Shown here in pieces: positions 62,016-64,000 of a stretch of DNA of 64,000 nucleotides. Source of the DNA: a virus; the IMG/VR virus record IMGVR_UViG_3300009365_003824, positions 1 through 64,000 of that record; one strand, 5' to 3'. Both the position numbers and the translations under genes were made by a program. Numbering within the stretch: position 1 is the stretch's first letter; each line of letters begins with the position of its first letter. Below the pieces are notes generated by a model, which was not told where the DNA came from, did no database searches, and was given only the letters and a program-made list of their open reading frames with translations.

Positions 62016-63937
62016 TAGAAATTCAACTTTCCTTCATCAATTAATTTCTGAACTTGGGGAGGATGTTGTCCTCCAAATTCAGTCCAGTTTCCACCACCCA
62101 TTGGGTGTGTTTTCCCATTAACAGCATTCGGGTTTTTTCTCCATCTTAAAAATACATCATCAACATAACCTCTATTATCAACCCCTGATTGCTGTCTGTA
62201 GTATTCCATCTTGTGATAGATTTTCTCAAGTGGCCTTACCCATGAATAATGATAAAAGAGGCGCTCATTACCTCTCCATGTTTTGACTTTTTTGTTGACG
62301 AGAACACTATCGTGAGCAGAAACGTGCAAGTGGTTTTTTCCACGATAACCGTAACCCTCTCGCCATTTAACAACTCGTTCTTGGGGGTAATTGTCCCATT
62401 TGCCTGTCCCAATTGTGTTGACGTTATTCCAAAACAACCAGAACTGCATTATAAGCACTTCGTATTGCGTCATTAATTGCGTAACCCGCCACAGTTGATC
62501 CTCTGTATAGACCTCATCTCCATCGAGCATAAACATCCAGTCACCCGGTTTTAGTTTTGTGGCATAAGCATTTCTCATCTCTACTTTGTCTTTCCACAAT
62601 CTTCCCGGTGGTCCTATGACGGTGCCGTTGTGTGTGTTCGCTAATTCATGGGCTATTTCTAAAGTTTTGTCTATGGGGGTGCCATCTGGATTACACATGC
62701 CTGCTTTTTGGGCATACTCGTTTCCACCAATCACAAATATCCATTCATCTATTAATGGAGCAACACTATCCACAGACGCCTCTAAAAACTCTTCTTCATT
62801 TAGAGCAATTACACATCCTACGGTTTTACCTTTTTTAGCATCTTTAAGTCCATTTGGGATATGTAGCAACCCTGGTCTAGCACTGCAATGTTTATCTACT
62901 TTGTAATTGTTGACCCATCTTTCCATGAAAATCTTTTTGTTGTTGGACCTGTATTTGTGACCTCCTCCTTTTGATTGGCCTACTTTGTGGTATATCATAG
63001 ATTGAGGTTCATACCATATTTCCAACCCTGCATCCTTCACCTTCATACACAAGTCTGAATCTTCCCAGTAGCCAATTCTATAATCAAGATCGAATCCACC
63101 TATCCGATTAAACAGTTCTTTCCTAATTATAAAACATGCCCCAGTAACCATGTCTCTAGGTGCTGCTCGAAGTAAATCTCTAGGGGCTTTGTTGTATCTT
63201 ATTGGTTCTTTTAATTCACGATCTTGATAGATGTTTCGGCCTATATGGAGAAATGACTTTGATCTCCAACTCCAACGAGATCCAGCAGAATCAATATAAC
63301 CTTTGGGATTTAATTGTAGGTTGCCGACTAATCCTATTTTAGGATCAGATTTGAGGCGTTTTACTAAAGGGCTTATCCAGTTGGGTGTGACTACTGTATC
63401 TGCATTCAAGAAAATCAGATAATCCCCTGAAGCATGAGCGGCCCCTGTGTTACAAGTGGGTCCAAATCCGGCATTTTTAGAGTGTTTTACTATTTTGCCT
63501 ATTTTGAATGTTGGTCTGTTAGCTGCCCAAATGCTGGTGATTTGCGTGTATGTCTTATCAGGACAGCAATCATCAACGTAGATTATTTCTGTAGATATGT
63601 CTGGTTCTGGTTGAGACCATTTTTTAATTTGTTCTGTTATACAGGCTTTACTGCGGAAAAGAGGAACGATGATTGAAACATCAACTTTTTCAGAGGTTCT
63701 AAACCAATCAGGCGTGGGCAACTCTTGAGCTTTTGGATAAATAAATGGATCGAGAACAAAGACTTTATCTGCGGGCCGCTCTGGTGAGACTTTTAATTTT
63801 TTTCTCTTTTTTGAAGACTTACTATATATCTTGCCCTTGCGGTTAGGGTCATTTACAAGCTGTTGGATCTTCTTGTTATTTTCGGGATGCGAGCGCGTAT
63901 TTCTCTGTACCAGAATGTTTTTAAATTTAGATGCCAT
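62015..63937 (-). CDS. two-domain GT2 glycosyltransferase
   Basis: VSIIVP, VDD, N.GF...CN.G, FLNADT, GGFD..Y..GY.ED.DLC; second domain LNEEEFL, LDGDE. Confidence 0.9.
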   Translation of the reverse strand: MASKFKNILVQRNTRSHPENNKKIQQLVNDPNRKGKIYSKSSKKRKKLKVSPERPADKVFVLDPFIYPKAQELPTPDWFRTSEKVDVSIIVPLFRSKACITEQIKKWSQPEPDISTEIIYVDDCCPDKTYTQITSIWAANRPTFKIGKIVKHSKNAGFGPTCNTGAAHASGDYLIFLNADTVVTPNWISPLVKRLKSDPKIGLVGNLQLNPKGYIDSAGSRWSWRSKSFLHIGRNIYQDRELKEPIRYNKAPRDLLRAAPRDMVTGACFIIRKELFNRIGGFDLDYRIGYWEDSDLCMKVKDAGLEIWYEPQSMIYHKVGQSKGGGHKYRSNNKKIFMERWVNNYKVDKHCSARPGLLHIPNGLKDAKKGKTVGCVIALNEEEFLEASVDSVAPLIDEWIFVIGGNEYAQKAGMCNPDGTPIDKTLEIAHELANTHNGTVIGPPGRLWKDKVEMRNAYATKLKPGDWMFMLDGDEVYTEDQLWRVTQLMTQYEVLIMQFWLFWNNVNTIGTGKWDNYPQERVVKWREGYGYRGKNHLHVSAHDSVLVNKKVKTWRGNERLFYHYSWVRPLEKIYHKMEYYRQQSGVDNRGYVDDVFLRWRKNPNAVNGKTHPMGGGNWTEFGGQHPPQVQKLIDEGKLNF

Positions 63938-64000
63938 TACCTACCTGTTAAACTTGCAACGCCCTTATTGGCTCTGCCTTGTTGCCCTATAGTCATGCTG
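63937..64000 (-). CDS. 3' end of an upstream gene (partial)
   Basis: Open frame ...GRANKGVASLTGR* ends in a TAATG overlap with the GT2 start. Confidence 0.45.
   Translation of the reverse strand, partial: SMTIGQQGRANKGVASLTGR

Noticed and set aside
8418-63937. Eukaryotic giant virus origin suggested by glycan genes and FKRP-like proteins
   Set aside because: SD sequences, sigma70 promoters, intrinsic terminators and T4-like tail genes indicate a bacteriophage.
1-64000. CRISPR array or tRNA genes
   Set aside because: No spaced direct repeats or cloverleaf/T-loop signatures were seen; the repeats found are coding or single duplications.
1-64000. Stop-codon reassignment
   Set aside because: Conserved genes are full length in code 11, coding density is high, and TAA, TAG and TGA all end genes.

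Overview
This window is a dense, AT-rich 64-kb segment of a large T4-like (jumbo-type) myovirus genome, read in the standard genetic code. It carries gp47/gp46 (Mre11/Rad50), a class II ribonucleotide reductase, CTP synthase, an Hjc-type resolvase and a gp55-type late sigma factor. The virion module is scrambled: gp13, gp14, gp15, gp18 sheath, two gp19 tubes and a gp26-like protein. More than 20 glycan-synthesis or glycan-modification genes are interleaved with it. Most notable observations: (1) two LicD-family nucleotidyltransferases carry the C-x6-C...PPCC zinc-finger signature of animal FKRP and sit near a CDP-alditol-type cytidylyltransferase, suggesting a phage alditol-phosphate glycan-tagging system. 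(2) An unannotated GGGTTTT -1 frameshift would fuse the gp26-like gene to a start-less gp51-like frame, as in tail-chaperone G/GT pairs. (3) About ten unrelated proteins share a T4 capsid-targeting-like N-terminus. (4) A TADATA box lies exactly 5 nt before many ATGs (leaderless late mRNAs), and a second ACTnYnTTA motif precedes other genes. (5) Host-manipulation candidates include McsA, an output-less PAS-PAS protein, a Prok-E2_D-like protein and a sigma-like segment in a 1156-aa protein. Several clues point to a Planctomycetota/PVC host (inference). All family calls are motif recognition by eye; no searches were run.
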